DNA of 46,275 nt from a virus (Duplodnaviria; Caudoviricetes), in the IMG/VR virus record IMGVR_UViG_3300006169_000027, positions 1-46,275 of that record. One strand, written 5' to 3'. A model generated the notes under the pieces. It did no database searches. It saw only the letters and a list, made by a program, of their open reading frames with translations, and was not told where the DNA came from. Position 1 is the first letter of the stretch; the number at the start of each line of letters is the position of its first letter. Of the stretch, positions 28,151-36,530 are shown one piece after another. A program made the translations under genes and the position numbers.

Positions 28151-28603
28151 ACCCAAGGCGTCCGGATCCGCTTTCCACCGTTGGACCTTGGCGTCGCAAT
28201 ACTTCCGGTCAAGCGAATACGGGTTTTCGGTGTCATCAAAAAAGACGACCGCCGCAAGGCGGAAGACGTGGTCCGGAACCGGAAGGAATGTCAACCGTTC
28301 CTTCAAGTTTTTGACAAGTGTCGCCATCGTGATCAAGTCCAACTTCCCGGATCCCGGATTCAAGATCTTTTCCATGGCGTTGCAATGCGCGATCAAGAAG
28401 TCCTTGGTGACGCGCATGTTGAATTCATCGTAAAGATCCAAGGCGTGCAGACCGCGCGACGTTGGCATCTTCAAGATGTCGTCAAACATGTAGTAAGTGA
28501 CGCCGTTGTGAACGAACGCTTCCCGTATGCGGTCTTTATGCACCGGCTGCAATAGTCCTTTGAACTTCTTGCGTGTCTTGAATAAATTTTTCAAAAATTC
28601 CAT
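27992..28603 (-). CDS. Probable tail assembly chaperone (G part)
   Basis: Helical ~203-aa protein two ORFs before the tape measure gene. Confidence 0.5.
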   Translation of the reverse strand: MEFLKNLFKTRKKFKGLLQPVHKDRIREAFVHNGVTYYMFDDILKMPTSRGLHALDLYDEFNMRVTKDFLIAHCNAMEKILNPGSGKLDLITMATLVKNLKERLTFLPVPDHVFRLAAVVFFDDTENPYSLDRKYCDAKVQRWKADPDALGFFLQTPLKDLIPFLGLDKVNLHTYSATINMVNELHLKEVLSVLSANGTKVAM

Positions 28604-28796
28604 ATTTCGCAATATTTATTTGAATTCCGTCCCGGTATAGCTGGACGAATTTCGATGATTGGTGATGTTTGATCAAAAGTGTCGGTCCGGATCCCGGTTT
28701 CCAACGAAACTTTCGAACACGTCCGGGACATGCACACATCCCGATGTAAGTGAATCCGATCGCCTGGATCTTCGCGTTGACTTCATTTTCCTTCAT
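28536..28796 (-). CDS. Hypothetical protein
   Basis: 86-aa ORF with ATGA coupling. Confidence 0.55.
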   Translation of the reverse strand: MKENEVNAKIQAIGFTYIGMCACPGRVRKFRWKPGSGPTLLIKHHQSSKFVQLYRDGIQINIAKYGIFEKFIQDTQEVQRTIAAGA

Positions 28797-29146
28797 TCGC
28801 CTTCCTTTTTGATGTCGTCAAGTTCGTCCATCATCCGCGTATTGAGTTCAAACCGGCGGATCGCCATGATGGAAAAGATGTTCACACCGCCGGCAACCAA
28901 GACCGTCAGGATCACCGGAACCGGCTGAAAACTAAAGTCACCAACCTTGTACCGGTCGGCGATGTAGATGATCAATGTCCCGTAATACGGCGACATGCAC
29001 GCCGGACAATCGAACAACATCTTCGTGATCCATTCCGGCAGACGCATCCGGAGCCACGACGCCGGACGATCGAAGATCATGTCGGTCCATGTGCAGCCAT
29101 GGATAAAAAGGATGATCAAGGCGATGATGATGCCGTTTGATAACAT
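28793..29146 (-). CDS. Membrane protein, DUF1360-like (CxxCxS)
   Basis: TM segments and LFDCPACMSPY. Confidence 0.6.
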   Translation of the reverse strand: MLSNGIIIALIILFIHGCTWTDMIFDRPASWLRMRLPEWITKMLFDCPACMSPYYGTLIIYIADRYKVGDFSFQPVPVILTVLVAGGVNIFSIMAIRRFELNTRMMDELDDIKKEGE

Positions 29147-29149
29147 TTG

Positions 29150-29455
29150 TTATTCCGAATGTTTGTAATCCAGACGCTTCCGGACTTGGTGAATGGAATC
29201 GATGACGCGTGTCCACCTTGCCGCGCGGATCCGGGATCCGTCACGGATAGCGATTCGGCGTTCATTTAGTGCATTTTCGAAGGCGGCGGCGCGGACGATG
29301 GAATCTTCACGCGCGCCGTCGATCGCCAAAATTTGACCGCTTTCCGCTTGCGTGACGGTCGTTTTTGCTTCATAGCACGACCGGAGCGTGACCGCAACGA
29401 CCACACCACACAAAAACACGATGAAATAAAAGAACATTTTTCGATTCATGATCAT
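29150..29455 (-). CDS. N-terminal membrane-anchored hypothetical protein
   Basis: FFYFIVFLCGVVVAVTLRSC. Confidence 0.6.
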   Translation of the reverse strand: MIMNRKMFFYFIVFLCGVVVAVTLRSCYEAKTTVTQAESGQILAIDGAREDSIVRAAAFENALNERRIAIRDGSRIRAARWTRVIDSIHQVRKRLDYKHSE

Positions 29456-29697
29456 GAAATTTTAAGGTATCCGGACGCACGTCCGCCGTGGTCGATGGTG
29501 ATTTTCTGCAATGGCATCCCGGTCAAGGTGACGGCGACGTTCACTTTTTCGAATCCGGGTGCGTCCGCTTTGCGGTGAAATACCGTCACGTTCGGGACAT
29601 TGCAAAACATCTTCCGCATCGTTTCGTCGATCAATATGACGGTGCGTTCCGCTTGGTTAAATGATTGGATGTGTGAGTTGCAAGACATAAATGACAT
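29452..29697 (-). CDS. Small beta protein paralogous to the C-terminus of 21732-22526
   Basis: ITIDHGGRASGYLKIS vs ITVDLGGPSSGYIKIS. Confidence 0.7.
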   Translation of the reverse strand: MSFMSCNSHIQSFNQAERTVILIDETMRKMFCNVPNVTVFHRKADAPGFEKVNVAVTLTGMPLQKITIDHGGRASGYLKIS

Positions 29698-30078
29698 TTA
29701 AGCGAAAGGAATGCCGATGATTTGTTCTTGAACGCCGGCGGCGTCGTCGATGCAATACACGATCGCGGCGGCGTGCGTGGAAATGAATTGGACCGGCAAA
29801 GGATCCGCGTTCATCCATTCGCGAAATTCCAATTGGAAGGATCTTCCCGGATAAAAGAATCCAGGCGGCAACGTGTCAGAAAAGTCGATCGCGTGTTCGG
29901 TGATCGCGGGATCGTATGCGAACGCCTTGGTCCATGCGGATCCACCTTCCCGGATGACGGCGAAGATCTGACCGGCGGCACGTCCGGGAAGGCGCATATT
30001 TACTTTGACAATGCGCGATTCGGCATCGTCAACGACCATTTGTGCGGGATACGATGCGCCGTGTGAAATGTGTTCCAT
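29698..30078 (-). CDS. Hypothetical (possibly structural) protein
   Basis: 126 aa, first gene after terminator/promoter. Confidence 0.6.
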   Translation of the reverse strand: MEHISHGASYPAQMVVDDAESRIVKVNMRLPGRAAGQIFAVIREGGSAWTKAFAYDPAITEHAIDFSDTLPPGFFYPGRSFQLEFREWMNADPLPVQFISTHAAAIVYCIDDAAGVQEQIIGIPFA

Positions 30079-30094
30079 GTTGTAAGTGTTTTCA

Positions 30095-30104
30095 CGAAGT
30101 TAGC
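30095..30104 (-). promoter_or_regulatory. Candidate late promoter GCTAACTTCG
   Basis: TAnnTTTG variant; shares GCTAACTT with 35058-35067. Confidence 0.45.
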
Positions 30105-30107
30105 CAA

Positions 30108-30139
30108 ATAAAAAAACCGACGTAGAAACGCCGGTCGGT
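30108..30139 (-). terminator. Probable intrinsic terminator
   Basis: accgac..gtcggt stem plus T-tract. Confidence 0.55.
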
Positions 30140-30245
30140 GATCATTAAAACAATTTTTAGAATATGCCGCCTTGAAGGTAGTAAAAATTAGGAACCGGCA
30201 CGACGACCGGTTCCGCAGCTTCAAAAGCGATGATATGGAAATCGA

Positions 30246-30503
30246 TCACAATATCCGATGAATCCCGGATTGATCGATGATTTCTTTTCCGGTTTCCTTG
30301 ATGATCATCGCGCCACCTTTCGGAAATGCGCGCGTCTGGATCGGCATTGTGCGGATGATGGTGTATTGACGGACCATCATTGCGATTTGAAGTCCGCGTT
30401 TGAATTGTTCGTTTTTGTCTTTCAACGTGAAGATCCGGGACAATTGCCGGCGGATCTGACGATGAAGACGGTGCATGTGTGCGATTTTTTGACGTTTGTT
30501 CAT
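30246..30503 (-). CDS. Hypothetical basic protein
   Basis: 85-aa ORF after TerL. Confidence 0.5.
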   Translation of the reverse strand: MNKRQKIAHMHRLHRQIRRQLSRIFTLKDKNEQFKRGLQIAMMVRQYTIIRTMPIQTRAFPKGGAMIIKETGKEIIDQSGIHRIL

Positions 30504-30545
30504 GATGTTTCAATTGTGTCACAAATATCCCGGAAAATAGTGACA

Positions 30546-31901
30546 TCACTTCCGGCGCGGCGTGGTGATTTTCCGGACACGCTCCCGGATGGTTTCTTGA
30601 TCCGCGCGATCTTCATGATCGACGGTTTGCATGGCGTCCGAATATGCCTTTAGGAACCATTTGAAATTTGCGTTCAAGAAATACCGGAAAGTGTCTAACG
30701 CGTCCGCTTGTTGGTTCGGATCGTTCCGGTCGCCTTTCTTGATGGTCCCGTCAGCAAGCATTTCCACGAACTTCAAATCATTGATCAACGGTTGCATGTT
30801 GTCCCGGTCCAGAATGACGGCATATTTTTCCAAGATGGCGTTGACTAGAAGTTGATTTTCGTCCAACGGCGGATTGATGGTCGGAACTTGGATTTGCTTG
30901 TCGGAAAGGCGCAAAGACTGCTTGATTACTTGATAATAATTCAAGTTGTCCTTGGTTAGCGCGGTTGTTGCGCGACCGGTCGCATCACCATTCACCACGA
31001 TCAAGGCGCGCGGATACTTCACGCGGATCACTTCACATAATTTGTAAATGTTTGAGTTCGGCAGCTTGATCGTTTCGATTCCGAAGATCTTCTTGTCATA
31101 CGCCTGGAACACGGACGCGCAAATCGGATTCTTGTTGAAATCGAAGGAAATGTAAAGCGGGAATTTCGGATTGTAGGTTGTCTTCCCGATCGTCTTTTTT
31201 TCATCGAATGAGAAGGCGAACTTGTTGGACGAATTCACGAACGGGATGGCGAAGTAAAGTTCAAGGAACACTTCTTTCGGAAGTGACCGTTCGGCGTCAT
31301 CGATTTCCGATTGCGGGAAGATGCCGGCGGCAACCGCGTCGGCGGCGGTTATCTTGTGATACTCCCATCCTTCCAATTCACCCGCTTCCGCCTTGCGTGC
31401 AAGTTCATACACCCAATTATCGATTCCTTTCACGTTTCCGATGATCTTGATTTTCCCACCGGTTGCGGTCACGGTTGATCGAACGGCGGTCCAAGTTTCC
31501 TTTGACGTCCTTGTTGCTTCATCGATGACCGCACCGTGAACATCTTCACCATAAAGCGAATCCGGGTTGTCGGCGGACTTGAAAAAGATCGTGGATCCGT
31601 TCGCAAGCGTCAACGTCATTTCCGAATTGTTCGCCACGAAGATCGATTTCGGTGTGATGAACCGTTTCATCCGCCGGAAGGCAATCTTCGCCGTCGCGCT
31701 AATTGGAGCCACCCACCAAAAATTTTTTCCCGGACCGCCATTGTCACACGCTTCTTTGTATAGCCACACGATGCAACCGACCGTCTTTCCCGCTTTCGTG
31801 GTTGCTTCCACGACGTTATATCTCGCGGCGGACTTGATGAATGCCATTTGTTTCGGATAGCGCGCGATCTTGTCCGGGATCTTGAATTTTATTCGCTTCA
31901 T
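30546..31901 (-). CDS. terL: Terminase large subunit
   Basis: Start re-called to MKRIKF; YPKQ, Walker A ATTKAGKT, Walker B VIDEA, nuclease SFDFN and DALDTFRY. Confidence 0.93.
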   Translation of the reverse strand: MKRIKFKIPDKIARYPKQMAFIKSAARYNVVEATTKAGKTVGCIVWLYKEACDNGGPGKNFWWVAPISATAKIAFRRMKRFITPKSIFVANNSEMTLTLANGSTIFFKSADNPDSLYGEDVHGAVIDEATRTSKETWTAVRSTVTATGGKIKIIGNVKGIDNWVYELARKAEAGELEGWEYHKITAADAVAAGIFPQSEIDDAERSLPKEVFLELYFAIPFVNSSNKFAFSFDEKKTIGKTTYNPKFPLYISFDFNKNPICASVFQAYDKKIFGIETIKLPNSNIYKLCEVIRVKYPRALIVVNGDATGRATTALTKDNLNYYQVIKQSLRLSDKQIQVPTINPPLDENQLLVNAILEKYAVILDRDNMQPLINDLKFVEMLADGTIKKGDRNDPNQQADALDTFRYFLNANFKWFLKAYSDAMQTVDHEDRADQETIRERVRKITTPRRK

Positions 31902-32290
31902 AGTAGTATCAATGAAAAGATCTTTTCGGTGATGAATTGCGTCAAATATCCGCGCGCTTCTTTTCCGGGTTTTTCTTCGCCGATATATTCGAAGATGAAG
32001 TCGACGGCGTGCGCGATTTCGTGTGCAAGAAATGAATGATGGTCCTTGTCCAGAATGTCGAATTCTGGATGAAAGCGGATAAAGATGTCGCCTTCCATCT
32101 GCACGGTGATCGCGGCGTTCGTGTCCGGGCAATGATCCGAACACACATAATCGATCGCCTTGCGGTCAATGCTTGACCGGACCACCATAGCGCGGAAGGT
32201 CTTGTCGGACTGACCGATCGAAACATACATATTCACATTATAGATCGGAACCGGGAACGTCATCGATCCGAAAGTTGTCTTCTTTTTCAT
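31898..32290 (-). CDS. Hypothetical protein with HExxH motif
   Basis: LAHEIAHAV..EARGY. Confidence 0.65.
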   Translation of the reverse strand: MKKKTTFGSMTFPVPIYNVNMYVSIGQSDKTFRAMVVRSSIDRKAIDYVCSDHCPDTNAAITVQMEGDIFIRFHPEFDILDKDHHSFLAHEIAHAVDFIFEYIGEEKPGKEARGYLTQFITEKIFSLILL

Positions 32291-32547
32291 TCGAATTCCG
32301 ATGTTTTGAAGGTTTCGGATTTTCCAGGCGCATCGACTGCCGGACATCCATTGTCTTCGACGACGATTTTGATTTCGGACATATTTTCGGACATGATGTT
32401 GAACCGGACGTCTGTGACCACGCCGCCGAACGCACCGATCAAAAGTGTCGCACCGATGTCCGGGACCGGAAGGTGTCGCGGATAGTCGAACACGCGGGAT
32501 CCGATGGTCACGATCCGGAAGTCGTTGATGATTCGATTTGATTCCAT
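32287..32547 (-). CDS. Hypothetical protein
   Basis: Start re-called to MESNRII after terminator. Confidence 0.55.
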   Translation of the reverse strand: MESNRIINDFRIVTIGSRVFDYPRHLPVPDIGATLLIGAFGGVVTDVRFNIMSENMSEIKIVVEDNGCPAVDAPGKSETFKTSEFE

Positions 32548-32576
32548 TTTGTTATTGCATTTGTTATGAACAGAAC

Positions 32577-32617
32577 AAAAAAACGGCGAACCGTTGATCC
32601 AATCAATGATTCGCCGT
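32577..32617 (-). terminator. Intrinsic terminator after C1 peptidase
   Basis: acggcgaa-cattgat/atcaacg-ttcgccgt stem plus T7. Confidence 0.7.
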
Positions 32618-32628
32618 GATAACACTTG

Positions 32629-33345
32629 TTATTTTGACGGCTTTTGTTCGATCGCGAACGCCGCTTCCCCGTAGTTGTCCAACAGGATCTTGAAGTCATC
32701 GAACGAGATCCACCCGTGACCATCATCACCCCACAATCTTCCCCAAGAATTTTTAAATCGGAACAATCGTGTCTTCAAGTTGTATCCATTGATCAAATAA
32801 GCGTGTCCGCCGGCTTCGTGTCCGGTTGGACGGACCACGCCTTTCGCATTCGGAAAGAACATGTCATAAGTCCAGACGGTTCCCACCGGGACCGGTCCGA
32901 TCGCGGACAAGCAAGCGATGATTTCATCGATGGTCCACATCCAACGATATTCTTTGATGAATCCTTTTTCTTGAAGTGCTTTCATGCCGGCGCGGACGGA
33001 CGTGCCATCGTAGTCGGTTCCCGGCCATTCATCAATATCTTGCGCGCGACGGTAGATGTCGACCGGATTGACGATCGGAGCCGTTCCGGAGTGCGTGACC
33101 GGACCGTCTTCGATGAAGTGAGCAAGCGAATATCCGACACAATGCGGTGAATCACCTTGATCACCCCACCATCCGGACGCGTTGTGATAGCGATAGGCGC
33201 GCGGTTTGTCCAACGCTTTTTTCGGCAGCAATGCGCGCATCGGGAAGTTGTGGTCGCGTTCATCCTTGGAATAAAGGCGACCAAGACCGATTTCGATTTT
33301 CTGGACTAGGTTGTTCCCGTCCGACTTGATTTCAATTTTTGACAT
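32629..33345 (-). CDS. Papain-like cysteine peptidase (C1 family)
   Basis: DQGDSPHCVG (Q, C), GGHAYLINGY (H), KNSWG..WG..G (N). Confidence 0.9.
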   Translation of the reverse strand: MSKIEIKSDGNNLVQKIEIGLGRLYSKDERDHNFPMRALLPKKALDKPRAYRYHNASGWWGDQGDSPHCVGYSLAHFIEDGPVTHSGTAPIVNPVDIYRRAQDIDEWPGTDYDGTSVRAGMKALQEKGFIKEYRWMWTIDEIIACLSAIGPVPVGTVWTYDMFFPNAKGVVRPTGHEAGGHAYLINGYNLKTRLFRFKNSWGRLWGDDGHGWISFDDFKILLDNYGEAAFAIEQKPSK

Positions 33346-33347
33346 GG

Positions 33348-33584
33348 TCAATTTTTTAAGGTGAACAATTTTGTTTTGAGAACTTGAAGGAATGTTTTCG
33401 AAATAGTCGTTGGATACTTGAACGCATAAAGCCAACCGGTAAAAATAAATTTAACCGCAAAGAAAAGCGAATCGGTTCCGCATAGTGTCACCGGTGCGGA
33501 CTGACCTTTCACGAACCACTTGACGACATACTTTGCCACTTGTTTTCCCGGCTTTCGTTTGTTGATGATGAATTTCATTCGCAT
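33348..33584 (-). CDS. Hypothetical protein
   Basis: 78-aa ORF. Confidence 0.5.
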   Translation of the reverse strand: MRMKFIINKRKPGKQVAKYVVKWFVKGQSAPVTLCGTDSLFFAVKFIFTGWLYAFKYPTTISKTFLQVLKTKLFTLKN

Positions 33585-33614
33585 GGCTTAAAGTTTTAAA
33601 GATGATGTAATTGA

Positions 33615-34244
33615 TCACGCGTGATCGTTGTCGTTCAATGTTCCGGATCCGGAAAGTGTTTCATCCGGTCCGATGACCTTGAAGTTCGGGAAGTATTTGG
33701 CAAGAAGATCCCGGATGTCTTTTTCGTTGTGATATGTTTCACCTTGCGATCCGCCGATGATCTTGTGATTCCAGGCGTAAAGGTTGAACCGGAATTGATC
33801 ATTCGCCGCATGTTGAATCATGGCGTATCCGGAAAGATCCTTCATCTTGGTCTTGTCCATGGACACGGATTCCGGCATGTTGGCGGTTGGCTTCCGTTCC
33901 GCGATCCGGGATTCAAGCAATGGCGCGGGATCGAAGGCGTCGTGAATGGCATTGCGGCGAAGTTTCATCATTTCCTGCAATGCGATGACATCCCATTCGA
34001 TGAATTGTGCGATGATCGCCGGCGGCGTGTCGCACTTGACGTCGTATTCGTGCAAGATGATCACGCGTTCGATTGCGCCGGTGAAGGATGACGGGATGAC
34101 CGCTTCGTCCTTCACTTTATTCCAGATGTCCCGGATCGATGTGGCAACGTCTGCCGGCACTTGCGCGAATAGCGCATTGATGGCGCGGTCCATCGTCATG
34201 ATAGATTCGAATTTCGGTCCTTGGTCTTGTTTTGTGATTTCCAT
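33615..34244 (-). CDS. Hypothetical protein with C-terminal YegP/DUF1508-like segment
   Basis: QFRFNLYAWNHKIIGGSQGETY. Confidence 0.5.
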   Translation of the reverse strand: MEITKQDQGPKFESIMTMDRAINALFAQVPADVATSIRDIWNKVKDEAVIPSSFTGAIERVIILHEYDVKCDTPPAIIAQFIEWDVIALQEMMKLRRNAIHDAFDPAPLLESRIAERKPTANMPESVSMDKTKMKDLSGYAMIQHAANDQFRFNLYAWNHKIIGGSQGETYHNEKDIRDLLAKYFPNFKVIGPDETLSGSGTLNDNDHA

Positions 34245-34257
34245 GATCTTTTTTTGT

Positions 34258-34494
34258 TTATGGATGAATAATGCGCGACAACTTGCCGCGATAAAAGGTT
34301 GACCGATATATTGTGCGCGCGAGTTTCCAGGCGGCGCGTTCGATTGAATCCAGATCCGCACCAACGATCGGGACCGGTTTCGGGTTGTACGGGAATCCTA
34401 AATGGATGGTCATGGTGTGATTGCCGCGATCCATTCCGGGAATGCCGTGCGTGGTGCAATATTCGCGGATCTGTTCAAATGTTGCTTGTTTCAT
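34258..34494 (-). CDS. Hypothetical protein
   Basis: 78-aa ORF following TerS. Confidence 0.5.
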   Translation of the reverse strand: MKQATFEQIREYCTTHGIPGMDRGNHTMTIHLGFPYNPKPVPIVGADLDSIERAAWKLARTIYRSTFYRGKLSRIIHP

Positions 34495-34496
34495 GG

Positions 34497-34985
34497 TCAG
34501 ATGTCTAGTGTGGAAGTGATTTCATCGTCATCGTCTAGCGGATTGAATCCGATCATCGTTTTTTCGATATATCCGCGCTTTTTGCCTTTCGTCTTTAGGT
34601 AGAAGATGATCGCCGTGGTGTCGCCGGCGGCGATGTTCTTGAAAAGTTGTGATTCGGCGAAGTCCAAGGACATGTTCGCGATCATTTGGACGGCGCGTTT
34701 ATATTCCGGGAAGTCCTTTAACCATTGATAGTGAGTGTCCGGATGAATTGGAACTAATGCCGCCGCCGTGGTGACGATGCCAAGGTTTGCAGCTAGTGCC
34801 GCGATCATGCGCCGTTTTTTTATGTCGGAAATTGTCGGAAAAGCATCCGCGACGAATTTGATTTGTTCCGGCTTCACTTCATTCGGGACCGGGAATGTCG
34901 CCATCGGTGCGGCGTTCGCCGGTTGGATTTTTGTCGATGTGGTTGGATCCTTGGTCTTGAATCCCGGTTTTGTTGCTTTCGCCAT
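34497..34985 (-). CDS. terS: Terminase small subunit
   Basis: LGIVTTAA..THYQWLK..AESQLFKNI..GDTTAIIFYLKTKGKKRGY, HTH-type TerS pattern. Confidence 0.8.
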   Translation of the reverse strand: MAKATKPGFKTKDPTTSTKIQPANAAPMATFPVPNEVKPEQIKFVADAFPTISDIKKRRMIAALAANLGIVTTAAALVPIHPDTHYQWLKDFPEYKRAVQMIANMSLDFAESQLFKNIAAGDTTAIIFYLKTKGKKRGYIEKTMIGFNPLDDDDEITSTLDI

Positions 34986-35057
34986 GTTCAAATATTTGTT
35001 GAAAGCCTGTTTTTAGCCGATTTGCGGCGATTCCAGGCGATCCGGTGATTTCCTTCG

Positions 35058-35067
35058 TAAAGTTAGC
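35058..35067 (-). promoter_or_regulatory. Candidate late promoter GCTAACTTTA upstream of terS
   Basis: TAnnTTTG variant after a terminator; matches the 30095 motif. Confidence 0.45.
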
Positions 35068-35125
35068 GAAATGCGAATTTCGAGCCGTTCCCGCTTGCGT
35101 GGCGTGCATTTTCGGCGCATTGTCC

Positions 35126-35176
35126 AAAAAAGAACCGGTCCGGCGTCATGGCAGACAATCGCGGACCGGTCTTTTT
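35126..35176. terminator. Bidirectional terminator between early and late regions
   Basis: AAAAAA-gaaccggtccg..cggaccggtc-TTTTT. Confidence 0.75.
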
Positions 35177-35236
35177 GGGTGTGCCAAGTGTAAAGAAAAA
35201 GACGAACCGGACGAAGTGGATCAAACGTCATGCCGG

Positions 35237-35464
35237 TCATCCGAATCGAAGGTCGACGAAGTCGGTGCGGCACTTGTTGCGGACATAGTCGACCATGACG
35301 CCGACGTGATTCCATGACATAATTGTTCCGCCTTCACAATCCGGGTGTGACGCGTCGCCGTCGGCGTGGCGTGGAACATAGGTGACTTTTGATCCGACAT
35401 CGGACGGCTTTAGTTCGCGTCCTTGGATGAAGTAACCTTCCGGGAAAAGTTGATTGTCTGACAT
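35237..35464 (-). CDS. Hypothetical protein (SH3-like)
   Basis: DVGSKVTYVP..EGGTIMSWN..VMVDY. Confidence 0.6.
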   Translation of the reverse strand: MSDNQLFPEGYFIQGRELKPSDVGSKVTYVPRHADGDASHPDCEGGTIMSWNHVGVMVDYVRNKCRTDFVDLRFG

Positions 35465-35476
35465 GATGTTGATGTT

Positions 35477-35671
35477 TTATGTGAATAACTTGGTTTGACG
35501 TGTGTGGATCCAACGCGGCGCGGATTCCAGATGTTCGAATTTCATGGCGATGTTGTCCGCGTATTCGCCGCGCGTGATGCCGTGTGCCTTTCGATTTCCG
35601 GAATTGCGTGCGACGTTGGTTGAATCTGCCGAATGCATCGGGATCCGGGTGAAGATCTTCCGGTTCATCAT
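35477..35671 (-). CDS. C-terminal part of DpdA/TGT-like transglycosylase
   Basis: IF..IPMHSADSTNVARN motif; ATG overlaps the stop of the N part. Confidence 0.7.
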   Translation of the reverse strand: MMNRKIFTRIPMHSADSTNVARNSGNRKAHGITRGEYADNIAMKFEHLESAPRWIHTRQTKLFT

Positions 35672-36192
35672 TCCGGAAGTCCGTGGATCTTCGCCGGCGG
35701 TTGTCCTTGATCATCGCAAATCGTGTCCATCAATTCCGTCATCCGTGTCCACCATGACCGGGATCCAAGGTTCGGGAAGATGTGTGATCCGCCGATCCCG
35801 ATGATCGGGAACCGTTCCGCAAGGCGGAAGAACCGTTTCGGATCTTGGTGTAAGTGGAAGACCGGGACGCCTGGAATTTTGTCATCCCACGCGCGGACCA
35901 AGTCGTCGTTCGCTTCTTCGGATCCGCCGATCACGTCCGGGATGATGCACCAATCGAATTTTTCGTCCGCCGTGAAGGTTTCCACCCATTGCCCGTATTT
36001 GTCGAAGTCGATCGCGATGTTTTGCTTCCATGCGGTGAATGCGGAATTGTCCAAGACGAACCGCGTGCAGACGTTGCGGACGATGTCCATGTGTAACGGT
36101 GCGAGATAGGGAACCAACGCCGCCCGACCGGTCAAGAAATATTCGGCATCGCGATAACTGCCGCCGATTGGCGTTCCGTGATAAAATATCAT
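35668..36192 (-). CDS. dpdA: N-terminal part of DpdA/TGT-like 7-deazaguanine DNA transglycosylase, frameshifted at HGL
   Basis: YHGTP, LDNSAFTAW, IIPDVIGG, VPVFH, IGIGGS, KIHGL motifs of the TGT-like barrel. Confidence 0.75.
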   Translation of the reverse strand: MIFYHGTPIGGSYRDAEYFLTGRAALVPYLAPLHMDIVRNVCTRFVLDNSAFTAWKQNIAIDFDKYGQWVETFTADEKFDWCIIPDVIGGSEEANDDLVRAWDDKIPGVPVFHLHQDPKRFFRLAERFPIIGIGGSHIFPNLGSRSWWTRMTELMDTICDDQGQPPAKIHGLPE

Positions 36193-36530
36193 GATGGATT
36201 GTGTTTCGTGGTGATGATCATGCGTTGACCGGGATGGATGACAAGTCGTGCGATGACCGTGACCGGGACTTCGACCGATTCGGAACAATCCTTCGCGACT
36301 GCTTGCAACATGCCTTCCATGGACCGGATGTCGTCTTTCCCGCCGCGAAAGGATTCTATGTAATGCTTCAATGAATAAACTTCAAGATACCATCGTTCGG
36401 GAATGTATTGAATCCGGATCATGGATCCCGGCAAAGGGTTCCCGCTTACCGGACATAATCCATCGATGTCGAATTCATGTGCCGATTCGGTGTGATCGCA
36501 CCGGGATTCATTTGGTTGACGCTTGATCAT
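36189..36530 (-). CDS. QueF-like T-fold protein
   Basis: LCPVSGNP..IRIQYIP..LEVYSLKHYIESF..E resembles QueF CPxTGQPD..ExKSLKLY. Confidence 0.75.
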   Translation of the reverse strand: MIKRQPNESRCDHTESAHEFDIDGLCPVSGNPLPGSMIRIQYIPERWYLEVYSLKHYIESFRGGKDDIRSMEGMLQAVAKDCSESVEVPVTVIARLVIHPGQRMIITTKHNPS

